Position numbers and translations under genes: made by a program | From: an uncultured bacterium | GTDB taxonomy: Bacteria > CSSED10-310 > CAZUFC01 | Assembly: GCA_964619725.1 (NCBI GenBank) | Contig: CAZUFC010000007.1 | Coordinates: 1-64,000 of the forward strand | Reading direction: 5' to 3' | DNA length: 64,000 bases | Notes under the pieces: generated by a model | What the model was told of the DNA's origin: nothing | Database searches by the model: none | Seen by the model: the letters and a program-made list of their open reading frames with translations, nothing else | Part shown: positions 51,403-61,152 of the stretch, piece after piece | Layout of the letters: each line of letters opens with the position of its first letter | Numbering within the stretch: position 1 is the stretch's first letter

Positions 51403-52476
51403 TCAACAGCAATCGCAACAGAACGTATCAATAGCCCAGCATGCGCAAAGTTGCTCCACGCATCGATCAGACTCCGAATAACGTTTTCCGCAACACATCC
51501 TTGAAAAACATAAAAACAGAAAACAGCATGCTATGCAGCCGCCGCATTCCTCTATGATGCCCTCCTGGGCCGTCAGAAAATGTCCGATCCGGCTGTTGAA
51601 CACCGGGTCTGTTTCGGGCAGCTTTTTCGGAAGATGAACAAGCAGCGAGCTATCGAATATTCTTTTGCATATTTCATAATTCGGCAGCTCCGTTAACTCA
51701 TCCCATAAGGAATTCAGAATCGTCATCTCTTTTTCAAAGGCTTCTCTGATCGGCCTTATGTCCACAGCCATCACATCTTCGCTGATCTGAAGCGTAAAAC
51801 AATTTAAAACCGCGTTGAAATAACGCCTTCTGACATCCTTTTTAAAATCAAGACAGGCGTCCAGCAAATAAATCATCCGGCCCAGGCGCTTACCGAACTC
51901 TCCCAATACTTCAACCGTCCTTGAAATAAAACCTGCCCTCACGCCTGACGCTTGCAGAATGTATTTTAAGCCTTCAGCGGAAGATTCAGCATAAACTTCA
52001 TATTGATCCCGGTCATCTTTTTCATTGCTCGCCTGCTTCCTGAACAATCCGTGAAGCCTTTTCATATCCAGTCCGCAGCTTTCCTTCACTCGGGTCTTCA
52101 TCCTGTCGAATGTCCTCCCGTAAAAACGATAAAATAACTTGTCCCTTAAACCGCCCCTGTCTTCAATGTGATCAATCGCCTTAAAATATCCCAGAAGAAC
52201 GCTCATATCGGCAGCCCTGTCGAACATCGGATCAGACAGACTTACGGATATCTTTCTTAAAGGATTAACAGGACACTTTCCACGGAATTCGACAAATGAA
52301 GCCTTCGCGTTGGACGTCAGCAATGATGTGAAAAGCGCATCATGACTCGTCATCATAGCTGCCTTGCCGCCGTAACGGTTTCTTAATGCGCTGCAGACGC
52401 TGCAATAATATCCCCTGTATACTTTTTGAAAATCTTTTTCGCCGGCGGGTGTTCGAGGTTTTAAAAAACCATACAT
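51403..52476 (-). CDS. DUF5685-like protein with Cys-rich C-terminal tail
   Basis: MYGFLKP...YRGYYCSVCSALRNRYG, CPVNP, KAIDHIED, GRMIYLLDACLD; 14 Cys in last 47 residues. Confidence 0.7.
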   Translation of the reverse strand: MYGFLKPRTPAGEKDFQKVYRGYYCSVCSALRNRYGGKAAMMTSHDALFTSLLTSNAKASFVEFRGKCPVNPLRKISVSLSDPMFDRAADMSVLLGYFKAIDHIEDRGGLRDKLFYRFYGRTFDRMKTRVKESCGLDMKRLHGLFRKQASNEKDDRDQYEVYAESSAEGLKYILQASGVRAGFISRTVEVLGEFGKRLGRMIYLLDACLDFKKDVRRRYFNAVLNCFTLQISEDVMAVDIRPIREAFEKEMTILNSLWDELTELPNYEICKRIFDSSLLVHLPKKLPETDPVFNSRIGHFLTAQEGIIEECGGCIACCFLFLCFSRMCCGKRYSESDRCVEQLCACWAIDTFCCDCC

Positions 52477-52479
52477 CCT

Positions 52480-53088
52480 CTATGCCTCCCGTATTTTGAA
52501 AACTTTATAAAATAAAAACGCTGCCGATAACGCAATCAGAAAAAGAACGAACTGTACTGCAGATAAACGTTCCCTCAACGTTTCCCCAAAATAATACGAA
52601 ATCCCGGAGAAAATGAAAACATAAAACAGGGAGCCTGCCGCGGTCGTCCAGATAAATCGGAGATAATTAATCCTGACGACGCCTGCCATACCGGTGAAAT
52701 ATTTGCCTATTTTCGGCACAAAACGGCACCAGAATATAATGGAACGGGGATAACGCCGCATCCAGTTTTCAATTTTATCCGTGTATGAGCGTATTTTATC
52801 CCTTCTCGACAGATAATCCTTCAATCGATCTCGAACCAGGACTCCCGCAAGGTAAAACAACTGATCGCCCAGGCAGCAACCGAAGAAGGCGCTGATGATG
52901 ATCTTATGCAATTCAAGCCCGCCCATAGCGGCGATTATGCCGCCGGCGAGCAGCGCCGTGGGAATGCCTGACCTGTCCCAGACCGAAATGACGAATATGC
53001 CTGCATATCCCCACTGATTAATAAATTGATTGACGTCAAAATCGAAAAACATATAATCCATCCATAAACCGCCAAAATGTTCGAACAC
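52480..53088 (-). CDS. DedA/SNARE-associated membrane protein
   Basis: GY.GIF, GIP, LGDQLFYLAG, IFWCRFVP, AG...Y.RF. Confidence 0.85.
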   Translation of the reverse strand: MFEHFGGLWMDYMFFDFDVNQFINQWGYAGIFVISVWDRSGIPTALLAGGIIAAMGGLELHKIIISAFFGCCLGDQLFYLAGVLVRDRLKDYLSRRDKIRSYTDKIENWMRRYPRSIIFWCRFVPKIGKYFTGMAGVVRINYLRFIWTTAAGSLFYVFIFSGISYYFGETLRERLSAVQFVLFLIALSAAFLFYKVFKIREA

Positions 53089-53255
53089 CCGGAATTTCCG
53101 CGCCGGCTAAACATTACAGGATTTCCTCACTCGTGACAAACGCAGGTCCACCATATCTCTGAAAGCCAGTCACCTCTTACTTCGAACCAGAATGAATTAC
53201 CGCTGAATGAGGACTGAATCCGGGACAGCTCCCTCGAAACAGCGCCAGACTGCTT

Positions 53256-53519
53256 CTACTCACTGCGTAAATCGCTCAGGTCCGAATTTGTAAATTTATC
53301 TCTTATCCTCCGAATCACGCCTACATCAGGTTCCGCGCTTTCCACTGCGCTCTCGTTCGCCTGCATCACTTTTTCCTGCAGCTCTCCTCTTAGTATTCGG
53401 ATATCTTTAGGGGCTTTAATTCCAATTTTAACCTGTTCTCCAGCGACTTGAAGTATTCTGACCTCAATATGAGGGGAAATACTTATCCATTCATTTTCTT
53501 TTCTTTGAAGAACAAGCAT
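53256..53519 (-). CDS. csrA: Carbon storage regulator
   Basis: MLVLQRKENE.I.I...IEV......QVKIGIKAPKDIRILRGEL. Confidence 0.93.
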   Translation of the reverse strand: MLVLQRKENEWISISPHIEVRILQVAGEQVKIGIKAPKDIRILRGELQEKVMQANESAVESAEPDVGVIRRIRDKFTNSDLSDLRSE

Positions 53520-53947
53520 TATTCACATTCTTTATACAGAGGATAATTAATTTCGTAATCGCAATCCTGAATAATAAATTGCAGCCCCTTTTTTTCCGCT
53601 GAATTGATCAATACGGGCGCCTGGAGATTTATGGTTATTTTCTGAGGATTCTTTCGGAACGTCGTTACGAGGAAAACGCTGAGGTCTTCAGCTTTTTCGG
53701 CCTTGAGCATTTCCTGTTCTCTATCGGGGAAAGTAAACTGGTAATCGTTCAGATACGCTGCGCTGAAAATGAAAAAGGAAACATGGGGCTGTTCGATGGA
53801 TTGCAGCAGCATAAAAGGTTCAATGCAGGGATCATCGATGAGGATAAACTTTTTATCGTTCGGAAAACCGAGCATACCCTCATCGAATTGAATAATGGAA
53901 TTTTGATTAACTTCGATCTCGCCGAAACGTGAGGTTTTGATTTTCAC
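53519..53947 (-). CDS. fliW: Flagellar assembly factor FliW
   Basis: TSRFGEIE, F.EGMLGF, LQS, TINLQAPVLIN; adjacent to csrA. Confidence 0.92.
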   Translation of the reverse strand: MKIKTSRFGEIEVNQNSIIQFDEGMLGFPNDKKFILIDDPCIEPFMLLQSIEQPHVSFFIFSAAYLNDYQFTFPDREQEMLKAEKAEDLSVFLVTTFRKNPQKITINLQAPVLINSAEKKGLQFIIQDCDYEINYPLYKECE

Positions 53948-53950
53948 TTT

Positions 53951-54835
53951 TTATCCCAGGAAGTCCATCAGACTCAGATTCTCCACACGCGCCATAAAAG
54001 ATAAAGTAGATTTAACGGAAATTTGCTCTTTTGTCAGCTCCATGATCGCCTCGGCATAATCCGTTCCTTCCAAATCGCCTTTCAAACCTTTATAAACGAC
54101 TTCCAGGTCCAGATATCGATTCTGCATTTCATCGATATGCTGGATTCTGGCGCCAATTTCCGTTTGAGCCGAGATGATCTGATTTTCAATAACGCCCAGG
54201 CGGTCCAGTTGATCCTGCAGAGTAGCCTGATCGTTATTTCTTATGGATTCGGCAATCGTATGCATTACATCGAAGACATCATCATTTTCCAGGAAAACCT
54301 GTGAACCCGGGATGTTTTTCTTGACCTGCACGCCCGAACCTATCACCATTTCGGTATACTCATCGTTGCCGTGGTATACTACATGGTCTTCATCCCATTC
54401 AAAGGGTTCCTCCATGGTTTCGGTCCCGCCGAAAATATAAAAATTCAAATGCTTGGAATTGGCTGTCGCCATTATTCGATCAAACAGCGCATCCATTGAT
54501 TCTGCAAGTATTTCCCTTGTTTCCGCGCTGTTCTCCGAAGAAATAGCGCTCATGGCGGTTTCCCGCGCTTCCACGACGATATCGTAAAGATCGTCCAGAT
54601 TCGTTTCAGTCACGCTCATCCAACTGTAAGCGGAATCCACCGTTTTGATGTACGCCCGGGATTCCTGTATCAAGTTTTTTAAATTGGAGATTTTTACTGC
54701 GTCCACGGGATCGTCGGAAGGTTTATGAATTCTTTTGGCGGTAGCGATATTTTCTTCATAGGTCTGCAATCGATCATACGAACGGTTGAGATATTCAAGA
54801 AGGTTTCTCATCCGCATTGATGCTACTACTCGCAT
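53951..54835 (-). CDS. flgL: Hook-associated protein 3
   Basis: KRIHKPSDDP, ANSK....YIFGG....PF, IGAR, DYAEAI, SLMDFL. Confidence 0.92.
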   Translation of the reverse strand: MRVVASMRMRNLLEYLNRSYDRLQTYEENIATAKRIHKPSDDPVDAVKISNLKNLIQESRAYIKTVDSAYSWMSVTETNLDDLYDIVVEARETAMSAISSENSAETREILAESMDALFDRIMATANSKHLNFYIFGGTETMEEPFEWDEDHVVYHGNDEYTEMVIGSGVQVKKNIPGSQVFLENDDVFDVMHTIAESIRNNDQATLQDQLDRLGVIENQIISAQTEIGARIQHIDEMQNRYLDLEVVYKGLKGDLEGTDYAEAIMELTKEQISVKSTLSFMARVENLSLMDFLG

Positions 54836-54894
54836 TATTACACTCCTTTATATTCTGCGACGATCATCCGGAACTCCCCTGAAATAATTCATCA

Positions 54895-56283
54895 TCAAAC
54901 CATTTCAAAAACCCGGTCGCACATCTCATTAACTGTCTGTAAAAACTTCATAGCCGCCTGGTAGGAATTCTGATACACCAGCAGATTGGCGGCTTCCTCA
55001 TCCAACGAAACGCCTGAAACGCTGTCTTTTTTATTCCTCAAAAAAAGCATTACATCCGCCTGCGTATCTTCTCTTTCAGTCAATTGCTGCACTTCCAGAC
55101 CCAGTTCCGAGGATATTCCGTCAATGTATTGATAATAGGTCATGGTATTACCGTTCATGGTTTGTTCGGAAGCCAAATCAAAGATCAGAAGGGCATTGGC
55201 ATTGTCTCCCGGCGAATCTGTTCCCGCAGCGGCCAGCAACCCCGGATCATCTACAATGTCTTCATTTACTTCTATCTGGGAAGCGGCTAATTCAGGATCG
55301 GCATAAGCCTCAAAAAACAAGTTTCCCGTTTCGCCTTCTAAGCCGTATCCTGTCGAATGAAGCCCGTTCACTCTGTCTATCAGATCGATCGCCAGTTCAT
55401 TCAGTTGATCGATCCTTTCAGGAAGAACTTCATCGCGCAAACTTATCAAGCCTCCGATTTTCCCGCTTTCAATGACATCATCCATCTTTATCGACTTGCC
55501 CGAATAGTTCCAATAAATCGAATGAAAACTGTTCTCAGCGTTCTTTTGTATTTCCAATTCATAATTCGTAGAGCCGAGAACCAGCGCCTGCCCCTTTCCT
55601 GCCGAAATAGTCATGGACCCGTCATCCATCTCATGCGATTCGAAATCAATATAGCCCGCAAGCTCCTCCATCAACACATCCCTTTGATCTCTGAAATCGG
55701 AAGCTTCTGATTGCAATTCCGCTTCCTTAATCTTTGCGTTCAGCTCAGCAATATTTTCCGTTATCGAATTTATTCTTCCCACTGCAATCACGATTTCTTC
55801 ATCAGTGTCCGACTGCTGATTCATCAGATGACTGTATTTTTCCTTGATGCCGGCGGCCAGATCGATCCCCTGATGTATCACGCTCTGTCTTAACGCCATA
55901 TCCTCCGGTTCCGATGCCAGCTCCTGCCAGGCTCCGAAATAATCATATAAATTCGCGGTCAATCCCTCATTGTCCAGCTCGTTAAAGTAAGATTCAACCA
56001 GCTCAAGTCCCTCACGCTTCGTTTTCAGTTCCTGATGCAAGCTTTCGCCTTTATTTATCTGACGAACGACGAATCCGTCGTGCATTCTTCGTATGGCTTT
56101 AACATTGACGCCCAGTCCGATATATTTGTCATACGACCCCCCGCAGCTCGAAGTCAGAACAAGCTGCTGTCGCGAATATCCGGGCGTATTTACATTGGAA
56201 ATGTTGTGACCGGCCACCCATATACCGGTCTGGGAAGCATGCAAAGCCTTCATCCCCATATTCAGCGCTCCGTATATGCTCAT
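54895..56283 (-). CDS. flgK: Hook-associated protein 1
   Basis: GHNISNVNTPGYSRQ, DQRD, SGKIGGL, SGVSLDEE..NL..YQ.SYQA. Confidence 0.95.
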   Translation of the reverse strand: MSIYGALNMGMKALHASQTGIWVAGHNISNVNTPGYSRQQLVLTSSCGGSYDKYIGLGVNVKAIRRMHDGFVVRQINKGESLHQELKTKREGLELVESYFNELDNEGLTANLYDYFGAWQELASEPEDMALRQSVIHQGIDLAAGIKEKYSHLMNQQSDTDEEIVIAVGRINSITENIAELNAKIKEAELQSEASDFRDQRDVLMEELAGYIDFESHEMDDGSMTISAGKGQALVLGSTNYELEIQKNAENSFHSIYWNYSGKSIKMDDVIESGKIGGLISLRDEVLPERIDQLNELAIDLIDRVNGLHSTGYGLEGETGNLFFEAYADPELAASQIEVNEDIVDDPGLLAAAGTDSPGDNANALLIFDLASEQTMNGNTMTYYQYIDGISSELGLEVQQLTEREDTQADVMLFLRNKKDSVSGVSLDEEAANLLVYQNSYQAAMKFLQTVNEMCDRVFEMV

Positions 56284-56408
56284 CAGTTCCTCCCACGTCT
56301 GTTCCGATAAATTACATAGCTCATCGTTATCTTCTTATTCATATATTCCGTTCTTATCGCTTCCCATGATTCAGCCGACGCTTATCCCTTTTCCTTACGT
56401 TTAAATAA

Positions 56409-56810
56409 TCAGATATTTTTGTAACTCATTAAGCCTTCCGGACCATAGAACTGATCCCGGTCTTCTCCGCTCATCATCATATTCTGAAATTCAAAACTCA
56501 TGTTCATAACGCTCGTCATTAAAGCGGCCAGACGATGATTCGCCTTCCTAAGCTCTCTCGTCTCCTCAAGAAGGATTCTCCTCCTGGCTTCTCCTGCTTC
56601 TTCCCCTATGTAATCATGCATCCGGGTCTCCGTCAGCTTCGTCTGCTTGATTAATTCGATCGTTTCCTCTTCCAGCTTTATGCCCGCATAAGTCCCCGTT
56701 TCGATTATCCGCTTCCGCTCTTCATTCAGCAACTCTCTCAATCTTCTGCATTTCGCTCTCCGCTCCTCGAATATCTTTTCGTCCGCGCTTTTCTCTTCCT
56801 GTCTCATCAT
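56409..56810 (-). CDS. flgN: Probable flagellar chaperone FlgN
   Basis: Helical, lies between flgM and flgK, ELRKAN and C-terminal YG..G; mainly positional. Confidence 0.55.
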   Translation of the reverse strand: MMRQEEKSADEKIFEERRAKCRRLRELLNEERKRIIETGTYAGIKLEEETIELIKQTKLTETRMHDYIGEEAGEARRRILLEETRELRKANHRLAALMTSVMNMSFEFQNMMMSGEDRDQFYGPEGLMSYKNI

Positions 56811-57106
56811 GCTTCTTCCGGCGCCATGTCTTCCAGAATTTTTTCCGCCAGCATCCTGTCATCAATCTTATAACTGTCGTTATCCAGCTTCTGCTGTAAT
56901 TCCCGGACCTTCGACAACCTTATCTCAGGCTCGCTCTTAACCGCCTTGTAAAGTTTCGCATACAATCCTACTTCCGAAGAAATTTCTATCCTGTCCTGAC
57001 TCAATGAAGCCTTTTTCAACTTGGCCTTTTCTTCGGAAGAATTCTGGTTTTGATCAACGATGCGACCGAATGCTTTGTCCGGTCCTTCTGTTCCTGATAT
57101 TTTCAT
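56807..57106 (-). CDS. flgM: Anti-sigma28 factor FlgM
   Basis: DRIEIS, IR.SKV.ELQ......Y.ID...LAEKIL. Confidence 0.88.
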   Translation of the reverse strand: MKISGTEGPDKAFGRIVDQNQNSSEEKAKLKKASLSQDRIEISSEVGLYAKLYKAVKSEPEIRLSKVRELQQKLDNDSYKIDDRMLAEKILEDMAPEEA

Positions 57107-57142
57107 CTTCTTTCCTCCTCAACCCCAAACTACTCACCCTAT

Positions 57143-57169
57143 TCATCGGAAGTTTTTTGAAAAACTTTA
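57143..57169 (-). promoter_or_regulatory. Sigma28 (FliA) promoter upstream of flgM
   Basis: TAAA-N15-TCCGATGA versus consensus TAAA-N15-GCCGATAA. Confidence 0.7.
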
Positions 57170-57192
57170 GAAAAAAACTTCGCTTGCAAGCT

Positions 57193-57516
57193 TCAGGTTG
57201 ATTCATTTTTTGAGGTCAATTGCTTATAAAGCATTTCCGATAAATAGTCCTCGGTCGATTCTGCCGTCGTCTGCGACATATGTTTTTGGAAAAAAAATGA
57301 GACCAGGGAATTTTGAGAGTTTTCCTCATCCGACAGTTGTTCCAGTCCTTTGGTCATGCTTTTTAAAACATACATCCAGAAAACGGACGAGAATTCTTTG
57401 CATTTTTGCTTCAGGTCCGCTTCTTCGTTTTGAATGGCCCGATTAATTTTTTCCCGGCCCGGATTCTCTGCCAAACGTTTGAACGCGTCGACCGGGGCCT
57501 GATTCGTTATTTTCAT
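57193..57516 (-). CDS. flgJ: Short rod-binding FlgJ (no muramidase domain)
   Basis: LKQKCKEFSSVFWMYVLKSM...LSEMLYKQL; follows flgI. Confidence 0.7.
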   Translation of the reverse strand: MKITNQAPVDAFKRLAENPGREKINRAIQNEEADLKQKCKEFSSVFWMYVLKSMTKGLEQLSDEENSQNSLVSFFFQKHMSQTTAESTEDYLSEMLYKQLTSKNEST

Positions 57517-57565
57517 TTAAGTCTCCTTTCCCTGCCGTTTTTATGACGCTTCAACATAAGCAACA

Positions 57566-58708
57566 TCAGATCACCACGAGTTCGGCTTGAAGTCCTCCTG
57601 CAGCTTTGATGGCCTGGAGAATTGAGATGAGGTCCCTGGGGGTGACGCCTAGTGCGTTGAGCGCTGTGACTATCTCTGAGATTGCGGCGCCTTCCATGAC
57701 CGAAAGATTAGATTTTTCTTCTTCGACATCTATTTCCGATTCGGTGGTGACCGTGGTTTTTCCTCTCGACATAGGCGGAGGCTGACTGACATAATCCTGA
57801 GTAATAATTTTCAGCGTTAAATCTCCATGCGCCACTGCGACCTTTTTTATTCTTACGTCCGCTCCCATTACGACTGTCCCTGTCTTTTCATCTATAACGA
57901 CTTTTGCGGAAACGGCCGGGTCTATTTCCAGATTTTCGAGTTTCGAGAGGAATTCCACTTTATGAGCATTCATCGATTCAGGCATTGAAACCCTTATCGT
58001 TCGGGAATCCATAGCTTCGACGGAATATTCGGGGAAGCCTGTCCTCAAGGCGGAAGCGGTTCTGGCGGCTGACGTGAAGTCGCCGTCTCTCAATACAATG
58101 TTGAATTCATTCATATCTTTCAATCTGAAAGGAAGGCTTTTCTCTACAATAGCTCCGCCCGGCGCTTTGGCTACGGTGGGGTGATTCTTCTGAGTCTTGC
58201 TTCCTTCCGAGCCTGTGGACCAGCCGCCTACGACCAGCGGCCCCTGAGCCACCGCATATACCTGGTCGTCCGCTCCCCTCAAAGGCGTCATCAGCAAAAC
58301 TCCGCCTAAAAGACTTTTGGCATCTCCAATAGACGAAGCCACGGCGTCTATTCGGCTACCGGTTCTCATAAATGGAGGCAGAACGGCAGTTACCATTACT
58401 GTCGCTACATTTTTCACCTTGACCGATTTCTGATCGACCGAAATGCCCATTCTCTCCAGCATGCTCGACATCGATTGCTGGATAAACTTGACGTTATTGG
58501 GCGAATCTCCCGTGCCGTTTAATCCCACCACCAGGCCGTAACCAATCAGAAGGTTATCCCTGACGCCCTGAATATCCGCAATGTCCTTTAATTTTGCCGA
58601 ATAAGCCGCTTCCGGCCCATAAAAACCGGTCAATGCCAGAACAAAGAGCAAACATCCGCAGTGTATTCGTAAATCTTTAATTATCCTTAGCGTCCTATTT
58701 TTTTCCAT
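57566..58708 (-). CDS. flgI: Flagellar P-ring protein
   Basis: GVRDN.LIGYGLVVGLNGTGD, NVATVMVTA, KVVIDEKTGTVV, LQAIKAAGGL. Confidence 0.96.
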   Translation of the reverse strand: MEKNRTLRIIKDLRIHCGCLLFVLALTGFYGPEAAYSAKLKDIADIQGVRDNLLIGYGLVVGLNGTGDSPNNVKFIQQSMSSMLERMGISVDQKSVKVKNVATVMVTAVLPPFMRTGSRIDAVASSIGDAKSLLGGVLLMTPLRGADDQVYAVAQGPLVVGGWSTGSEGSKTQKNHPTVAKAPGGAIVEKSLPFRLKDMNEFNIVLRDGDFTSAARTASALRTGFPEYSVEAMDSRTIRVSMPESMNAHKVEFLSKLENLEIDPAVSAKVVIDEKTGTVVMGADVRIKKVAVAHGDLTLKIITQDYVSQPPPMSRGKTTVTTESEIDVEEEKSNLSVMEGAAISEIVTALNALGVTPRDLISILQAIKAAGGLQAELVVI

Positions 58709-58731
58709 GTCTTATTTCTCACTCATCCTTT

Positions 58732-59478
58732 TTAAAACGGCCAAACCCAGTCCAGCATCCACGTCAACCATCCCCGTCGCTGGTCCGCACTGATGATGCC
58801 CCTTCCTCCATACACCACCTGAAGGTCCGAAATATTGGTCGAAATAACGCAATTCGAATCGTCGATGTCTTGAGGCCTCACCAGTCCCTGGATGCTCAAT
58901 ATCTGTCTTTCATCGTTAATTACCAGCTCACGATGCCCTTTTATCACAAGATAACCGTTCGGCAGAACATCCACGACCCGGGCAGCCATGGTTGCGACAA
59001 GATTTCCGCTGCGCTTCGTAGAACCCTCGCCTTCAAACGATTTCGCTCCCTTCGTCTTTATCATTGTCGATGGGCTTATCATATCATTGGACCATTCGGG
59101 AATTTTCGTCTCCAGCCCGAAAAGATTCTCAATCCCCATGTCCATTTCCGATTCCTTCGAAGTCGCTGTCGTCGCTGATTGAGAAGCATCCACAGTCTCC
59201 ACGATCCTCACAGTTATTATGTCGTTGATGCGGCGCGCTTTGGAATCCGTGAAAAGGTCCAGGCCGATACGGGACGGCCGCCATATCGATGCCGGCTCCT
59301 TATAAGCATCATCCAGCCCCGTCTCATAAATCTCTGGTTCTTCCGTCATTTCCGCTTCCGGAGGCTTCTTCCTTTTGAACATGCAACCGTTGATCAAAAC
59401 GCAGGCCGTTAACATAACCACAAATACAAATCCGCAGCGGTATCTTTTGCTTCTCATCCTTATCTCACGGCGCTTCAT
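58732..59478 (-). CDS. flgH: Flagellar L-ring protein
   Basis: Lipobox INGC, LFTD.KA..INDIIT, VLPNG.L.I.G, GLVRP.DI, GWL....D.VWPF. Confidence 0.94.
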   Translation of the reverse strand: MKRREIRMRSKRYRCGFVFVVMLTACVLINGCMFKRKKPPEAEMTEEPEIYETGLDDAYKEPASIWRPSRIGLDLFTDSKARRINDIITVRIVETVDASQSATTATSKESEMDMGIENLFGLETKIPEWSNDMISPSTMIKTKGAKSFEGEGSTKRSGNLVATMAARVVDVLPNGYLVIKGHRELVINDERQILSIQGLVRPQDIDDSNCVISTNISDLQVVYGGRGIISADQRRGWLTWMLDWVWPF

Positions 59479-60226
59479 ACCATAAATTTCCTTCCGTTCC
59501 GACGGTCGCCTGAAGTATCTTCCGAGAACTCGAATTCTTCACCTTTATACTCTCGCCGGCATAGCCGTTCTCACACGCTTCCACAAACATGCTTATCTCC
59601 AGGTTTTCCTTACGACAAAAAAGCTTGGCCCGTTCCCCTCTGCGTATCACCGGGGTCTTATCCAGACAGTTCAAGGAAACAGTCTCCCCTTTCGTCATGC
59701 TGATCCTGGTTTTCTTTCCGATCACAGAGGCCGGCGTTAAAGCCGGATTCTTTTCAGATTTTGAAATCTCCTTTAAACGCCACTCAATGTCCTCTTTACC
59801 TATGACGGAACCCGCCGGCAAATCACGCATCAAAACCGCCGCTTTCACCGTTACTTTAGTCTCAGCCAATATCCAGCAGTTTTTCTCCCGCTCCCCGTTC
59901 CGCCTGACTGTCAGCAGTAAACGCAACATTCCCCAGGAAATATCGCCCACCTTTCGCGAAATTTCCAACTCAGTATCTGCCCGCAACAGATAATCGCGGA
60001 TGCTCGAAGGATATCGCAATTCTCCAATGGTCACAGAATGAGGCTGCCAATCGGTCTTTTGAAGAATATAGTCCTTTACTTCGCTGCGAAGCCTCTCTTC
60101 TGCTTTCTGAAGTCCCGTCGAGGCGGCGGACATGCCTGCAGCGCCCAGGATCATTGCGCCCATACACATACAAACGATCAACCATCTTAAATTTTTCATT
60201 TTTCTTTCGTTCCCAGGAGATTTCAT
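59465..60226 (-). CDS. flgA: P-ring formation chaperone FlgA
   Basis: Signal peptide, SAF-like domain, VIRRGE, A..NG..GE.IKVKN.SS.KI; between flgG and flgH. Confidence 0.82.
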   Translation of the reverse strand: MKSPGNERKMKNLRWLIVCMCMGAMILGAAGMSAASTGLQKAEERLRSEVKDYILQKTDWQPHSVTIGELRYPSSIRDYLLRADTELEISRKVGDISWGMLRLLLTVRRNGEREKNCWILAETKVTVKAAVLMRDLPAGSVIGKEDIEWRLKEISKSEKNPALTPASVIGKKTRISMTKGETVSLNCLDKTPVIRRGERAKLFCRKENLEISMFVEACENGYAGESIKVKNSSSRKILQATVGTEGNLWYEAP

Positions 60227-60254
60227 TCAATCAACTGCCGCCTGCCCTTATATT

Positions 60255-61043
60255 TTACCTATGAAGATTACTCACCTGAGCAAGCATCTCATCAGCCGTT
60301 CTTACCGCCCTGCTGTTAATCTCATAAGCCCTTTGCCCGACTATCATCCTTACCATTTCTTCGACCATATCCACGTTGGATTTTTCCAGGTAACTCTGCA
60401 CCAGCTTACCCAGCGAACCGGTTCCGGGCGTCCCCACTATCGGTTCTCCCGAAGCTGAAGAGGGCCTGTATAAATTCCTTCCCATGCTGATTAATCCGGA
60501 AGGATTAACGAACTGAGCCAGTTCGATTGTTCCCAGTTCCGCCGGCGCCGACTGATCCGGTAAAGTCGCCGACACCTTTCCGTCTGATGAAACGTTTATG
60601 GCCAAAGCATTGCTGGGGATCGTTATGTTCGGTTCCAGAAAATACCCCTCCGAATTGACCATGTTGCCGTCACCGTCCTTCTTGAAATTTCCCGCACGCG
60701 TGTAGGCCATCTCTCCCGAAGGCAAACGAATCTGAAAAAAACCTGATCCTTCAATAAGAACATCCAGCGGATCACTCGTCGTCTGGTAATCTCCCTGAGA
60801 AAAATTCCTGTTGGTACATACCATCCTTACGCCATGTCCGACTTGTATCCCCGTGGGTATGCGCCCCACCTCGCCCGCGGGCGCCCCAGGTCCCGACAGC
60901 ATCTGGTAAAAAAGGTCCTGGAATTCAGCACGGCTCTTCTTGAATCCGTCAGTATTGACGTTGGCTAAATTGTGCGACGTTACCTCAATGGAAAGTTGCT
61001 GCGCCTTCATTCCTGACGCCGCTATCCAGAGCGCTCTGTTCAT
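60255..61043 (-). CDS. flgG: Distal rod protein FlgG
   Basis: ALWIAASGM.AQQ, NLANVNT.GFKK, FQDLFYQ, YTRAG.F, LEKSNV.MVEEMV. Confidence 0.96.
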   Translation of the reverse strand: MNRALWIAASGMKAQQLSIEVTSHNLANVNTDGFKKSRAEFQDLFYQMLSGPGAPAGEVGRIPTGIQVGHGVRMVCTNRNFSQGDYQTTSDPLDVLIEGSGFFQIRLPSGEMAYTRAGNFKKDGDGNMVNSEGYFLEPNITIPSNALAINVSSDGKVSATLPDQSAPAELGTIELAQFVNPSGLISMGRNLYRPSSASGEPIVGTPGTGSLGKLVQSYLEKSNVDMVEEMVRMIVGQRAYEINSRAVRTADEMLAQVSNLHR

Positions 61044-61152
61044 TTTTTTCTCCTTCTTGTTTCGCTTTCCTCTACGATCTGTTTTCCTGTGCCTCTCTTA
61101 TATCTTATTAATAATTGAAATATTACAGGGCCGCTCTCCGCATTAAACTTCA

